Source: Balanoglossus misakiensis (Eukaryota > Animalia > Hemichordata). From it: a DNA stretch of 64,000 bases. The notes under the pieces are model-generated. The model saw only the letters and a program-made list of their open reading frames with translations, ran no database searches and had not been told where the DNA came from. The translations under genes were made by a program, and so were the position numbers. The DNA is taken from the NCBI GenBank assembly GCA_040954595.2, contig CM082589.2, positions 4,540,213 to 4,604,212 on the forward strand. The letters run 5' to 3'. Positions 23,637 through 38,279 of this stretch are shown piece after piece (positions within the stretch are counted from its first letter, which is position 1; every line of letters begins with the position of its first letter).

Positions 23637-25446
23637 AATCTTTGCAGTCGTCGAATTATGTTCTTCTTACTTTGTTCTCGCCCAGTCAAGACGAATACAC
23701 ATTTTCTTTACTTTCAGATCTTGCCGTTTTTTATCAGTTCGGAATTCGGGAAGATTCCTGGGATTCAAGGCATATTTTTGTCTTGTTTAACTGCTGGAGC
23801 TCTTAGGTAATGAGGTTATTATTTATAAGATGTGCAATGTCCTTCTAAATTAGTGTATACATACAATCAATTGGACTGCAATCAATAAACTCCGTGTTTC
23901 TACTACAAAATAACTGGATTCCCCCCATTCCCCCCCCCCCCCCCCCCGTTTTCTGATTTCAGTTCAGTTTCTTCGAGTATCAACTCCATGGCGACGGTCA
24001 CCATGCAGGATCTTGTGAAACCGTTTCGTGAATGGAGAGCAAGTCGTCAGCAGCGAGCGCCCGTTGCTAATGACACCAAGGATTTGCTGATTTTAAGTGC
24101 ACTGTGTAAGTGAGATGATGGGGAAGGGAGAAGGGCAAAGATATAAAAGAAAGGAGGAAACAGTTACAGGTAGCCAGAAAGACGAACAGGGACATGATAT
24201 GTATACATATATGGAGAGGCGGCAATAAATTGTGCAGACAAAGATAAATGTTGAGAGATATGGGAGTGGACGATGTAAACAACAAGACAAACTGAGATCC
24301 AAGTACATGTACATGTAAACAGAATAATGTAAAACAGATACACAAATTCTTTCAGAAAACCCATTAGAGGGACGTAGGCCTTGACACTCTAATCGCCAAA
24401 TGTCTTTTTGACTAAATGTCTCTTAACAGGTGCCTCGTATGGTATAATCGGGGTGATTCTAGCCTGTGGACTATGGTCGGTGGATACTCTCATTCCTCTG
24501 GTACAAACGTTTGCCGGAGCACTGGGCGGGCCAAGCACAGCGGTACTCGTGATTGGGATGTTATATAAACGGGCCAATAGCAGGTATGTAGTATAGGTGA
24601 CAGTATAGCGTGAATACACCGAACTGGGAAAATTTGAGAATATATTTAGATATTTCTCTTTTGTCTTCACAGGGGGACTTTAATTGGAACAGTGACAGGA
24701 ATACTTGTTGGCATATGGATGGTTATTGGCGGAATGTTTTATCCGGGAAACAAAATGGAGGCTCCCCTTGTTTACCAGGTATATATACATGTACATATGT
24801 ATTAGTGTCTTCATACCCATATATTATTAGCTCTAAACTCCACACGTTTATCATTTGTTGTAGTATACGTTGCCCATTGCATTTCGTGCAGCATGTATGG
24901 GGTTTGTCAGATTACAATAACTGAACTGTAACAAGCAGCAATCTTGATACTTCAATTGTGGGACAGTTCCTTCCCTATTTTTCATGTGTGCACATACTGG
25001 ACAATAAAACTCCATGTCACTTACAGATATCATTCACTTGGTATGGCGTATACAGTCTCGTCGTTGTTATAGTTGTGAGTATAGTCTGTAGCGAAGTTGT
25101 TCGTTGCATATACCCAGAAGAAGCCAAGCGTGTAGTCGACCCTCTCTTGTTGACACCGTACTTGAGGTATACTAAATTCGTTTTATATCCTGAAATAAAG
25201 AAATTATAATAATAATAATAAAATTAACAAACATTTTCCACTCATTGCGTGATCCCGCGACACCTGGTTAAACATATAATTTTCCGAGGAATTCTGTCTT
25301 CTTTTGCAAGTGTAAAATGTATCCTATTTGGCCAGATTTAATTGAGTGAGGCGAATAATAATGAAGGAAATTTTGATTTCAGACCCAGGCAACAGATTTC
25401 TGAGCCAAACGAGGAGAATAAACCAATCACTACTACTGATCTGTGA
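21360..25446 (+). CDS. Sodium:solute symporter, SLC5A5/A6/A8/A12-like (NIS/SMVT/SMCT subfamily), ~568 aa
   Basis: 14 frame-consistent GT-AG exons: 21360-21484, 21637-21856, 22009-22126, 22237-22304, 22409-22560, 22710-22847, 23007-23095, 23431-23531, 23718-23806, 23963-24105, 24430-24583, 24673-24778, 25027-25166, 25383-25446. Family motifs: DYTVF, YMVADRKL, SAITILG, AYEYLGLRF, YTTLGGLNAVIWADVFQ, QPAIQRYLS, PDQILP, PGIQGIF, GALSSVSSSINS. Ends TTTDL*. Confidence 0.92.
23551..23634. repeat. (TTGG)n/(TTGA)n microsatellite
   Basis: Tetramer arrays in an SLC5 intron. Confidence 0.9.
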
Positions 25447-28400
25447 CGTCACGAACGACAAGGAAGAACAGTACGGGCCCAAGTGACTGGAAACAGTGAC
25501 GGAATTTGTCTTAAATTTTGACTTTGGCTTTAGGCTCAATTAAATCATATTAAAATAAATACATGTGTATCGAATTTATATAGCGTGCAGGAGTCAAGGT
25601 TTAAATAGAGCGTGTGTCGTGTGGGATCGAATGGGATTTTCACCTGCAATAGCTTGTGAATGTCTAGATTGTCGTGTACTGCAGATAACACAGCAATACA
25701 AATATTGTCAGAAACTTGTCAGAACTCTACACGAAATAACCCCAAATTGCCTTTGATTTTACTGATATCACTGTTTCTCATATGCATGTATCTATCTAAG
25801 CTTACATCTTAATTGTTTGTTACCTAACGACATACATGCAACAATTGACATTTTAATGAAAACGTCAAATGATGGGCGAAAGCAAATTATCCCTTGATAG
25901 GAAATTTCTATCCTGATGGTACCTTCGATAGTTCGACCCAATTTCATGAAACTCCGCGCCTCGAGCCCAGAGATTAGACACATTAAAAGTTTCTTTATTA
26001 TTTTTGTTATTAAAACTTGGACAAGCACCAAGTATACGTTTTTTACAGAATCTGTGTATTCTCGACCAGCGTGTGGTTTCCATTCCGTGTTAATTCCTAC
26101 TAGTTGGAGTATATTTATGGTTGCATGTATGTGACCAATAGCGCCACCACAATTGATTCTTCTGTTTCTCTATCATCTCTGTCTGTCTTTCTTTCTTTCT
26201 GTCTGTCTGTCTGACCTCTGTATATCCAAATGACATTCCAGACCGATGCTTTAACCATCCACACTATTAACTCAACGATCAATAGTTAATAGCATTTTTC
26301 ATAGCATAGCAACCAAAATATGAAATAGAACATCTATCATTGACGCACTGACCTCGTTTCTGCTTTCGGCAACGCAGTTCCCCTCCTGACTAGCTACTTT
26401 TTATATAAAAGTACACATGTAACAGGTTACATATATTGACACGTGGGAGGAAAGTCAATACTGCTTTAATGAATTTTTCAGCGATCATCCATATACTGTC
26501 AACAGTCGACGTCATTGAGTGTACACAATTTGGCGCAGTTTGCAGTATTAACTTCCCAGATCAGCGAGTTGATATTACACGTAAGGGCAAATGTGGGGTT
26601 CTATTGCTGCAAATGGGATTGCGAATGAATACGTTGATGTAGTGAACTGTGTATATGCGAGCTGTGCGGTTCATACTTTGTGATTAATTTCCCATGCGGT
26701 CGTTCGCTATCTTATAATGCTGGGAAAATATATGACGTGAACGTTGGGATGTGCACAGTTGTATTTAGGAGTTTAAACAAGCTATAACTTTTGGCATTGT
26801 TTCCAGAGTATTTTTGTTCTGCCTATCCACCGCGGTTGGTGATTCCATTCTCTGCGCAAGTACAGCAGCGAAGGAGGGCAGTACAGTATAGCCATGCATC
26901 GGCACTGCTCTTTAACACAGACACTTGCAGGCTCACGTCCTCACAACCTCAAGTGGGCTTGAAGTGTGCTGCGAGTGGGATTCGAGTGGTGCCAACTGCG
27001 AAGGTGTAGCCGGGAACTGGTGAAAATGAGCATCGTTAAGACAGAGTGCTACACTGACGATCAAATGTCGCGCCCTGTTGCGCTGATCATAAGTTTAACC
27101 AGTGTATTATCACATACATAGACCCACAGATTGTTAATTAATATACACAGGGTAACCGATATGGTATGAGGGATTTTTCAGTTTTTACCTCGAGTGGGCA
27201 TGGGGAATGAGGGGGGGGTCACATTTCACACACCCAGCTGACTTTAAATAGGGGAAAGGTGACATTTTTGAATTTGACAACGATCTGTCAACTCCCGTCA
27301 CCAGTGCAATATTCTCACATAGTGTCAAAGACCTTTTGATGAGGGTCACATTACGCAAACAAGGACTACAGATATTTTTAATTTACATAATTCGCCAACT
27401 GGGTGGCCGTGGCATGAAGCCATGCATCCAGATGCTTGCAATCCCATCGTCGCGGCAACAATGGCGACGGCCTACAGAGGTCATAGCAACAACGGCAATC
27501 GGTTTCCGCTGCTGCTAGTGCGCTGATTGTCGTAACATTTTCCCCAGAACCAGAATGGGTTGTAGTAATTATGGGATTTTCTCGTTCTTACAATGTACGT
27601 AGCTCAAGGGACCACAGCTTTGTCTGTGAAGGGACAGAAAAATGAGACAAAAAAAAACACAGAGTCAGACTTACCACATGGCTTCCTTATAATAACTGAG
27701 CATGCGCAACCTCGTTCATAGGCATAGCACCATAGCCGTCTACTAGTAAAATAGAGTTTTGACTTTGATGATAAATATTAAACCAGAGATTTCATGATGC
27801 CCTTTTCTGATATCCTTTGATGTAAGATCACTTCGATGCGCAGGCCTCTGCAGAGATGAAATTTTACGTGCTCACTTAGCGATACATTATTACATTATTC
27901 CCTTATCGCGTCATCTGCTGCTGTCGCAGTGCCGGCGTATATAATGGTAGTTCTCCAGAGGAAAAAAATGTGAAGCGTATAAAATGTTACATTTATGCAG
28001 ACGTGTGATATGTCAGACAGAGCGATACCTGTGTTTTCGTGACGTTTTGTGGTCGCGACTCCGATGTCTACCTGACCAGCATTGCAGGGCCGTGACATCC
28101 GGTCTGTGCCAGAGGCTATTCCCAGAACAAAATTAAATTCCCATTAAGAAGAACCAGAGATTGGGGAAGTGGCATCGTTTCATCACAGTGACATCTGATT
28201 TGTTTTCCCTTCCTTGGGTGGAAATGAATTCAACTCGGAGAGTATTTGCTTACCACAAATTTCATTAGACTGATTGGCGTAATGGGTCGTCAATTGCAAC
28301 ACAGCGTCTCTTTGGCAACCGTATCATCGATCTTGGTCACGGTGCCAAGGAACGGTTATAGCGACCATGGTCATCACGGTGCCTGTTCGGACAATCGGCT

Positions 28401-30302
28401 AAAACATAAAATTATAGTGAGTTTTGATCACCACCATAGGTTAGCATGAATTTCATACATAATAAAAAAAAGATCACGTGTTTTGTAATGTTTGTCACAG
28501 GGTTCAATCGATTCCCGTTTTTGCATGCGTAATCATTCAAATCACGGATTGCATGTATCTTTTAATGGTTGTAAATCACATTGTTTCCATTTCGATTACA
28601 AAACGTTGATAACATTTAGAAGATCGTTTTATGTTTATTTTCTTCTTACAGCTCCTAGATACTGGTATTTTATAAACTCATCTACTACAGCGTATACTCA
28701 GACAGAAGGGTCGTTAATTTAGACCACAATTGGCAAATAACCAATGTTCATTTTTACAGTCATGATACTCAAACAGGATCGACACCAATTGGGACTCGTT
28801 ATTACAATAATGACAAGGATTTGGCAAATACAATAATGACGTCATATTAGAAATTAAACAGAACTAATGAATATAACGAACACAGGTAATATCCTTCCTT
28901 TTGAATGACCAATTACTGGATAATTCGAAGTTTTCATGTTTTTTTAGAGGGCCATGACGTCATCGACGTGACGTCGGAAAGGTTGTTGACTTCCGCCACG
29001 TGGTGGCGTTAAGTATTCTCTCAATAACAGCATAGACTCGGGCGAACGCCACTCCATTTTCACAGGGCGAAGTGACGCCAGGGCGAGGGACGTGGATTTC
29101 GCTCGGACACCCGTTTGCAGGTCGGACTGGAATATTTCTAACCGCTGTTCCTCGCGGGATGGGTTGCACGTCGAGTACGAACAAGATAAAAGGGAGTGAG
29201 TATAGATTTATTTTTCTGTTGATGACCGTTTCTTTGCTGAGTGCTACGCAATAGCACCAGATTAGTATGGGGAACATGGCTTTAATGCGTGTTCAGCGTC
29301 GAATGTAACGCATGGGGAACTACATTGATACAGGTAAAACGCGCTGTGATATTTTAGCAATGAAAACATCGTTCAGAATTTTTGCGAAACGATATACCAT
29401 CGTCTCCCCGTGACTGCAATTCGCAAACTACGTCTGATGAAGTCAGCCCGTCTTTCTCTCTCCACCCGATCCGTATACATAGATGAGCAGCGAACGAACG
29501 CTCGCTCTGCGCGCGGCTTTCATTTCACAAGCTCGTCGCAGCCAAGTCGATGTGACCTTCAATTTGCGATCGCGAAGTCACAGAGATACACGCACATAAA
29601 TGAGTATGACTTCCTCGAGGCCTGCTTAAACGGGGACATTTTATAATATTCCCTTCGCCCAGCGCGCATGCATCGATAAAATGGCGAGGGGAAAATCCCA
29701 GCACCGGCCAAAATGCAGAGGTCGTTTTGCCCGCATATTCCCCCATCATTGCGAGTGAGTTCTAATCGGTTTAAGTGCTTATGTACGATTAGAAAAGCAA
29801 AATAATAGACTGAATAGCCTCGACAGAGCAACATCGCGTGTAATATATGCAAGTTGTATGGTTTTAGCGGATACCCCCATATCAATAAACTGCACCAGGG
29901 CGATTACAATACAACATCGGTTTTACATAACATAATGACACAGAAATGTATGCTCTCCTGGAGAGCGTAAGGCGCAGTTGCAATAGCATCACGACACAAA
30001 CACTGAATGGGTATGATAGAAGAATTGTCTTCCTGTTGTGCGTCAATGTCACCTGTTTACGGAAAGGGCTTTGTCGGTGTACACGTTCAAATACGATAAG
30101 TATGGGGCAGTTGTGCTGCGGGCGCCGCGAGTATGCGGGCACGGGGGAATTCACTCTGCAGACCGTCAGATGCTGTGGGTCGCACAGATAACGGTCACCC
30201 CTCACAAAAAACTGTTGACAGATCCATAGGCAATTGGTACGGGCAGCGACGTTGTTGAACATATTGAACCATGATGAACGCCAACACCATTGCCGTGACA
30301 TA

Positions 30303-30380
30303 GACAGGCAGACATACACACAGACAGACACACATACACACAGACAGACACACATACACACTGACAGACACACATACAGA
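30303..30380. repeat. (CAGA)/(CA) compound microsatellite
   Basis: Low-complexity array that explains ORFs 29882-30373 and 30234-30425. Confidence 0.8.
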
Positions 30381-33300
30381 CCCGGTAGACAGAAAGCTTA
30401 CTTAGCATGGGAAATATCCGACTGACGTCGAAATAAAAATAGCTTTTTGAGACCGCTCTCAAAAACAGCGACGCAGAAACGGCATCAAGCGACAAGTCCC
30501 AGACAATGTAAATTAGTATTGCCGGCGATATTCCCGCAGCGATCGACATTTTGTTCATCATAGCAACACGTCGCTTAAAACAGTATGTTACGGTACAAAC
30601 GTAACACTAAGAAGCCCCCATTTGCCATGAGTCTTTCAGACATTCGCAGGACGAATAGGCTGCAAAAAATACAGTTAGTATAAATACAATGCATCACTGC
30701 GTCGACTTATTTTTCGCTCATTATCGCATCAGGTAAACAAAAGGTGGCAACAACTTAATTACCTAATTATAAAGTGTCTTTTATGGACAGAGAAAACTCG
30801 TTAAATAAAAAAAAGAGGAATTGCAATTTCGTTTGAAAAAAAACAGCGTTATTAATCTAGTTATAGGGCAGAATCGATGACATACTGGTTGCCACCCAAC
30901 GATGCGGTGGTTCGTCCGCAAAGAGTGGTAGATAAATACGCCTTTCAGATGAATGCCATTATTTGATTTTCGGTGTCACGACATTCATGTCACGTGTACA
31001 ACACGTGACACTTCGTGGAAAGGAAGCCACCGTGGCTCTACTTATCGTACGAGATAATTTCCGCAAAAACATGCTGACAGCCAAAACCGGCTGTCAATGT
31101 AACATTGGACTATGATATTTGGCGAAAAAGTCGCGGATCACCAGATGGCATCAAGGTATAACACACAGTGAGATGCATAAAGGGATGACACATTTATTGT
31201 TCGCAACAACATGTTTACAATAGAGGCTATAAATTTTTTATTAACTTCGCAAGTATTTATATAAGCAAAATGCGGTTATACATACATCGCCTGTTAAATT
31301 ATAACCATAAGCTTATTCACGATGATCTAAATACATGATCTGGCGAATCAGTATTCCAGACCACGGCGTTGTCGAAAAATTAAAACTATGTCACGTGATC
31401 GTACAGTTACGTAATAATCACATTTTGTAAGAAGATCATAATAGTTTCTGGAGACCCATCCTGGTGCCCCTTATCATCCAAACTGTTTGATATTTTGATA
31501 TCAAGTTCACAGTTTCTCCATTGGGGCTGCCTGCAAATTTCAACCTGTATCACTGACACGAAGGGAGATAAAAAGAAAATTGACGTCTGTTGGCTAGGTG
31601 ACTGTACATCACGCTACCAGGAAAAGGCGTTTCAATGAAAGTGTGCGTGTACTGTGATGGTTTTAGCGTTTCCGATTAGATAATGGCGTTTTACTCTCCA
31701 TGAGCCAAATCTATGAAAAATGAGAACAAATCCCTCCATGTTTTGGTGAATGCTTATTATTTGTGTTTATTGTACGAGTTGGCTCACAAAATACAAACGT
31801 AAAGACTAATCATCATTAGAAACCATATTGAACATGTTAAAACCATGTTCTGAACAACACACACAGTTTACGTATAATTCCAATCTACTGGGGAAGGAAA
31901 GCCCATTGATTTATTGGCCATCGGCAAACTCTGTATCTTAATTACCTTTTCGTGTGTTCATTATTCGACATTGTGCTACGGTTGGCTGAGTCCTCCCTGC
32001 GTAATAGCGCTGAGTTTATTGGGAAGTCTGGTCGCGGGAAGGACGAAAATGTTAGTTATGTGGGTGATTGTGACAGCACGCACTAAGTCAAGCACACATG
32101 CATGTATGCATGAATGTATATACACACACTTGTCTATGACGAGCTGATATATAAAAGATCACTGGAAAATCAGAATACGTCACCATCTCTGAGATGAACT
32201 CCTTTACTTTGCATGGGATCAAATCCCTTGTGTGTGCTAAGGGAAATGGCATACTATACCTTTAACAGACTAAGTGAGTATTAGACTGTGTTCAGATGTG
32301 TGGCCACGCCGCCGGATTGCTTTTGACCTTCTACATTTTAAGGTGTTCAGTGTGAGCTCGTGGAATAAATGTTAGTTACTTGAGGTAAATGACATGCGTG
32401 CTTGGGATCCAAAATCCCCGCGCGCCAACGCGCCCTTCGGTCAAATCCAGCAGGGACGGACCAGCAGAAGCGCCTTCTGTAAAGTGTTAAATTGATCATA
32501 GGAATCATGCATAGCCCATAAACCACTTCAAAATGAACGTTGACGGGTCAAGTGGACTAATTAGGTGTGATGACTACAGAAAACGGTTTGCTTTTTAATC
32601 CGTCCTTCACTTTTCTAACACTTGGCTGCCATCGTGCGTGTGGATAATGGAATTACTGCTTGAATGATACAATTGACAAAAGAAGCACGCAATCAGATTT
32701 TGATCATCATCATCAACAACAAACAGCAGCGCAGTGTTGCATTTTCACCCGCTAATCCACCAACAATACGCATGACAGCTGTATCTTTTCATACAATCCA
32801 CAAGGAGTACATTGCGGAGGGCACGGGGTTGCCACAGTGCCTCCGTATACCAATCAATTAATGCGCAGCCAAGCATTATTTCTTGGGCTCGGAGGTCGAA
32901 ATATTCAAAGATGTTGTCGTAGATTTGACAGTTTACATTATGGTATACGACGACATATTATGTCACCCACGCCTGTTATATATTCAGAGAACTTTATCTC
33001 AAAATATAACGCGGTGACAGTAGAAGTGGGTTTTCTAGCTATTCTCAATAAAAAGGCGAATGCGCGCAGTTTTCCAGTTTATGTTCTGCGTGTACATCCT
33101 TAATTAGAGCGGAGTTAAGGAGTAAACTGCCGCCCGAACACGCGCTTTAATTTGTTTTGACCGCCGGCATTTTCCAGTCTCATAAAACCAATTTCCGAGT
33201 TCTGTGAGTTTGCTAATCGGAGGCTGTCACTATACAGCGTGTCGTTCCCGTCGTGGTAACAACCTTGGTGACCCCGGGTGACCCAAATAACCTGCCACAA

Positions 33301-36300
33301 GAAATTGTGAATTTCAGTTCGTATAAAATGAAGGTCATAATTTAAACGGAATCATCCAGCTTCTTCGCATACGACTTGGATAGACACGGTCGCTAGCGTT
33401 GTTATGTCATAAGTAACAATGGTCTTTACACATACACATTTCAGGTTGAAATCAGAATAATGGATATTTCTGCATGCTTTGTGTACCTAATGTTGCCACT
33501 AGCAGAACATAAGATCCAAGATCCATCCGCCCACCATAACTCACTTAATCACATTAATTCATTTTGCCGAATGTTATAATTAGATCTTCGGAGAGGCAGG
33601 TACGTTTTGAAAAGATTATGCTGCTATTCAAATATTCATAGCACGTGACGTGGGAATTACCAGCGTATGTTCTACTAATCAGTAAAAATGACCTGGCGAA
33701 AAAAATTCGCGTAGTCATTCAGAAATACTTCTAGTATTAGTAGTAAAGACGAGGACACCTGCCGCAGTGAAGCAGGTGGCCTCGTTTTCTTTGGCACATT
33801 TATGGTGATTAATAGACCATATAATTATTTCTAAAAATGGCATTATCACGTGATTATTTACAACGACTGAAGTCTTAAAAGGAAAAGACTAGTGCCATGT
33901 GAAGTTTGAAAATTATATGCCTTGATGGAACAAATTTTGATGATATTTATTTTATTTATTATGACGTAACTACCCATAGACTTGGGGCAAGTTACAGTAC
34001 AGTACAAGAAACATGCATCAACAAAGCACATCGAACAATGTCAAATCTATGTATGAAAGGTGTACGTGTATCAAAACAGCTGCGACTAAAATTCTGACCG
34101 AAATGTATAATTACATTAAGAATTTTCTTTTCGAATAAATCAACAACCGCCTCGAGATATCAGCGTTGGACATCGTTGCGCAACGGGAGTCGCTCACTTG
34201 ACTCTGTTCTTCTCACATCAAACTTGACATTGAGCGCTGTCTTATTGACAACAACCTTTGAAGGATGCAAATGATTGGCCATTTCCGCGCTTATTCTTCG
34301 TAGCAGGCCAAGAACCACAATGACTGCTATACACGTATACCCTGTTCTTTTGTCATCCAAACATCGCCGACGGCGGGGGTCCGACGTCACTGAACGAGGC
34401 GTTTCCGCATCAATGTGGTATCATGGCTTCTTAGAGCGTCGCGCTGCAGAATCAAGCTACTGAATCAAGCACTCAAGTTTACCTGGACGCGAACAGATGG
34501 ATGAAATCATCAGACCATGCCGTCTTATGAGAGACAGTTACGACGTTATGGTTGGCAATTTATAGGCCGGGTAACACACTAATGACCATTATGCATCATA
34601 TATCAAGAAAGAAAACAAACAGCAAAGCCGCATTGCTGTCATATATATAAATATTTCACAGGGTGAAACGCGACCAACCGTCGACAATTATATCAGTCCA
34701 AATCCTCCGGATCTACAGTCGCAATTTCCAAGCAATTCTCTCATAAATATTTTATGGATATTCTTGTGTCATTCTGTATAAAGGTTACTCTGAGATTAAA
34801 TATCTACTGGTTAAACGAAGGACACACTAGTATTCAATGCACATTCATTGTCGTGTTTTGTCGTTTGGACAATAAACGTTGTATGTAACCCGAATACGCG
34901 CAATGTTGCCTGTACACGTGCGCAAGGCTACTTACATTAAAAATTGCCCCCATGTTACCTGCATGAAGCAGTGAGCTAGCTGCGTACGTCAATGGGAGTG
35001 AATGAAATTTAATAGCGCGGATACGACTCTTTAGTTGCAGACACATGAGACTAATCTTGTCTGGTGTAATATAGTCTAAGCTAGTGTACCACGACTTTCT
35101 CCTAACGTTGGGATCCACTTCATGTCTTAAACGATTCATAATATCGTTTCGATCTTTCTTTTTTTACTTTCATTTGTACAGTATTATCTTTTCTTTGTGT
35201 AGTGTTTGACTGCTATCGTGTGTATTCTTCATTTTCATTCGTGGTGAAATAAATCTAATCAAATCAAATTTGCTGACTGAGCGGAATTTCGTGAGACAAA
35301 GTTTCTCGTCACTTAAATTTCTGACGGTGTGGTAGAACCGGATTTCGGACACGGTTTTTGGTTTGAGTGTTAATCCTTGTGTAAACAGCGATATCAATAT
35401 TGCATGCGGCCCGAGTTCTTAAATCTTGACTTTCCTAAAGCGAAGTATAAAGATCAGAGAAGACCTCGAGCGGTGTCTTGTCCCGTGAGTCTAGGGATTC
35501 GTAGATGCTTGCGTGAACTGTAAAAGAAGTGTCAGTCGAGGACGCAAAGATCAAAATAAATCCCTCGATTAAACATCTACACACAGCGCAAACAGCTGAA
35601 AAGTGTACCAATATCACTACGACCTCTTTCATCGCCGATAAATCGCTTTCACGAACCAGGGTTTCAGCGTCGCCATCATTGCGCGTGTGCCAATGACGCG
35701 CATAAAAGAATGAAAGTGTAATATATAGCGTCATATAGCACTTCCACGGTTTTGTTCTCATGGTCGCGGAGTGTTCGTGGCCAGCTTATAGGTGCACTAA
35801 TGGCTAGATCAGGTAATCTGCAGAGACTAACATATAAGCTTGTATTTTACGCGATTCGACATCAGAACTTATCGTGTCGATTCACGTAGCAGGGACGTCA
35901 GTACACAAGGCCACTCTGCCAAATCCCCACCTTAAAAGGTGCTTTATAGTTACGATGTCTTGAGCGTACAAAAAAGGTCGTGAGAAACTTGTGTCAGATG
36001 TGCCGTGGTGACCTGACAATGATCGGCTGAAAACGTTCAATCACCCGCCTACTTTAGAAAATAAATACAATGTAGGCCTACAAACAAGCAACACGGACAC
36101 CCTCCTCAATTCAATTGGCACTTAGGTATTCGTAGCATCTGTTATCCCTGCCAGGTTTAGTAAGCGAGACTACTTACAAAAATACTTAAATTGCCTTTGC
36201 TAATCACTACTGTACTATGAAGAACCCGTAAGTCTGTGCTCCAACTGTATTTGCCCTTGCTTTGTCTGAACGGAGAGTCAAATATAGATACGGAAAGCCA

Positions 36301-38279
36301 ATCTTAACACGTTTGTGGTTATGGGACTAAAGGTTATAAGTCGACCTGTTCAACAATTCAGTGTTTTATTTAAAATGAGGCGCCGTCATCCGTCTTTCTA
36401 CGAAACGTGATAAGCGCTTTAGTGGTTTTCTCAATATTCGACTCGAGGTTGTCATTTGAGCAGCGGTCGATTAACTAGACCGCCTTTGAACTGCGAGTGA
36501 CCTCATTTTTTTCATCTAAAATAAGCCTTATAACTGTAATATCATCTGTAAATTTGAGATGCTTAACAGGCTCGTCGGGGGAGCGTTAAACAAATAGTAC
36601 ACCGTCGGTAGTGCGCAACCTTGAGGGGGTGTAATGATTACCTTAGCCCCAGGCTCAACAGCGGGCGGCCATTTTGTTGAGGAGGTCAAAGGTCAATATA
36701 ATGTATTTATGCATGCACCTCGAATATTACCTGTGCAAATTGAAACAACCACTGAAGCGATTCTTGATCGGCGAAATGACGTCGCGGAATCAGGTTTCTC
36801 GGACGATATTTAGGGGCGAGCATATTGAACGCTGAATCAGTTTAAAAAGAAGAATAAGCACACAAAGACGATGGATATTGAAGACACAAAGTGCAGATCA
36901 AGACAACAGCTTGTCGACAACTATCGGTTAGCTCGAATACGCAACTTGGAATGGATCGTAAAAAAAGGCATACATCTCGATATCAACCGTTCAAATACTT
37001 CCGTGCAACAGACATTGTCTCACAAGGCACATTTGCTATGCTGATTGTTTTGCTTTCTGCAAGCCGCCATCCTCCTAAGGGACAGGAAAGGGCTTTGCAT
37101 AGTAAATGTTGGCCATACTTATCCATTTTGCTTGTGTATCAGATAAAGCCTAATCGTGCTCGCCGTTCCGTGGCGTTCCGCCCACGTTCAGCGGCGGTGA
37201 TGTAACTCCGACTCGTTCGATTACAGCTGAACTATTAAAAAAAACGAATATTGTCCACACTTTCGGACCATCGACCAGCGGAAGACAGGCAATTATCTCA
37301 TTCGAAAGTTGCTCTCCGTCTATGCTGTGACACTGACTGATTTGTGGAGAAGGATTATATTTCAGCCAATCTAAGTTAATAAGCTTCGGATGAAGATGTA
37401 CGGTATAAAAGCTTAAATATACGATTTAGGATACGTGATACGAATTGAATGTAAACGACACCGTTCTTGAAAATGCTATGTTTCGAAAGTGTCCATTACA
37501 TGTACGCGGCTATCGTCATTATATTGTACAATTTTGAAATTTTAACTTTCGAAATGACTACAATTTTTGCTATTAAACCTAAAGATTTTTTTTTCCGCTG
37601 CCCAAGTTGATATTCTTTGGACCTAATGATATTTTATCACTCACCTAGGTAGCAAAGCCTATTTAAAGTGCCTTGTAGTGTGAAGCGTGGGCAAATTTAC
37701 ATGCTGTACATCGCCAGCGGAAAGTGCCATATCGTACGCAGTTGAATGGGACGAATTAGCAGTTCGTCTGCATAAAAAAGTCTTTTGAAGAGTTTGCACC
37801 AACATAATGTTATTCCATTGCAATCAGAATGTAATGATGCTATCCGATCATGTTTAATCCCTTCTGAGTGCAATTTGATCCTACCCGATGGTAAAGCGTA
37901 TATATTCTTGGGCTTGATTTGCATATTTGAGATGTTTCCCGCCAACTGCCAACGTATATAGGCAAATGCACACTGTACTGCGCTTGACAATGAAAGGCAA
38001 GGGTGCTAATCATGAATTATAACTCCCTGCTCAGGTTAGCTACAGACACTTTTTTTTACAAATGACTTATTGAAGACTCAATCTCACGGGTACTCCAATA
38101 TGCGATTATGTACATTGTAGTTTGTATATTTGTGTGTGGGTGACATTCTGACAAGGTTTCATATAATGAAATGCCAAACCAATAATCCAGTCTTGATCGT
38201 CTCATTTTCTCTTTTCCTGAAATAATTTGATCCGTCAATAATCTGAATGTCGTTTGTATACTGCGTGCTTTGTTTCCAG

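Noticed and set aside
29882-30561. Minus-strand ORFs of 163 and 119 aa with a donor-like site near 30400
   Set aside because: Partly microsatellite-derived, with no domain and no frame-consistent exon chain found.
36664-36696. YY1-like GGCGGCCATTTTG and perfect DR1 AGGTCAAAGGTCA
   Set aside because: Both strings are common inside invertebrate interspersed repeats; no independent evidence of regulatory function.
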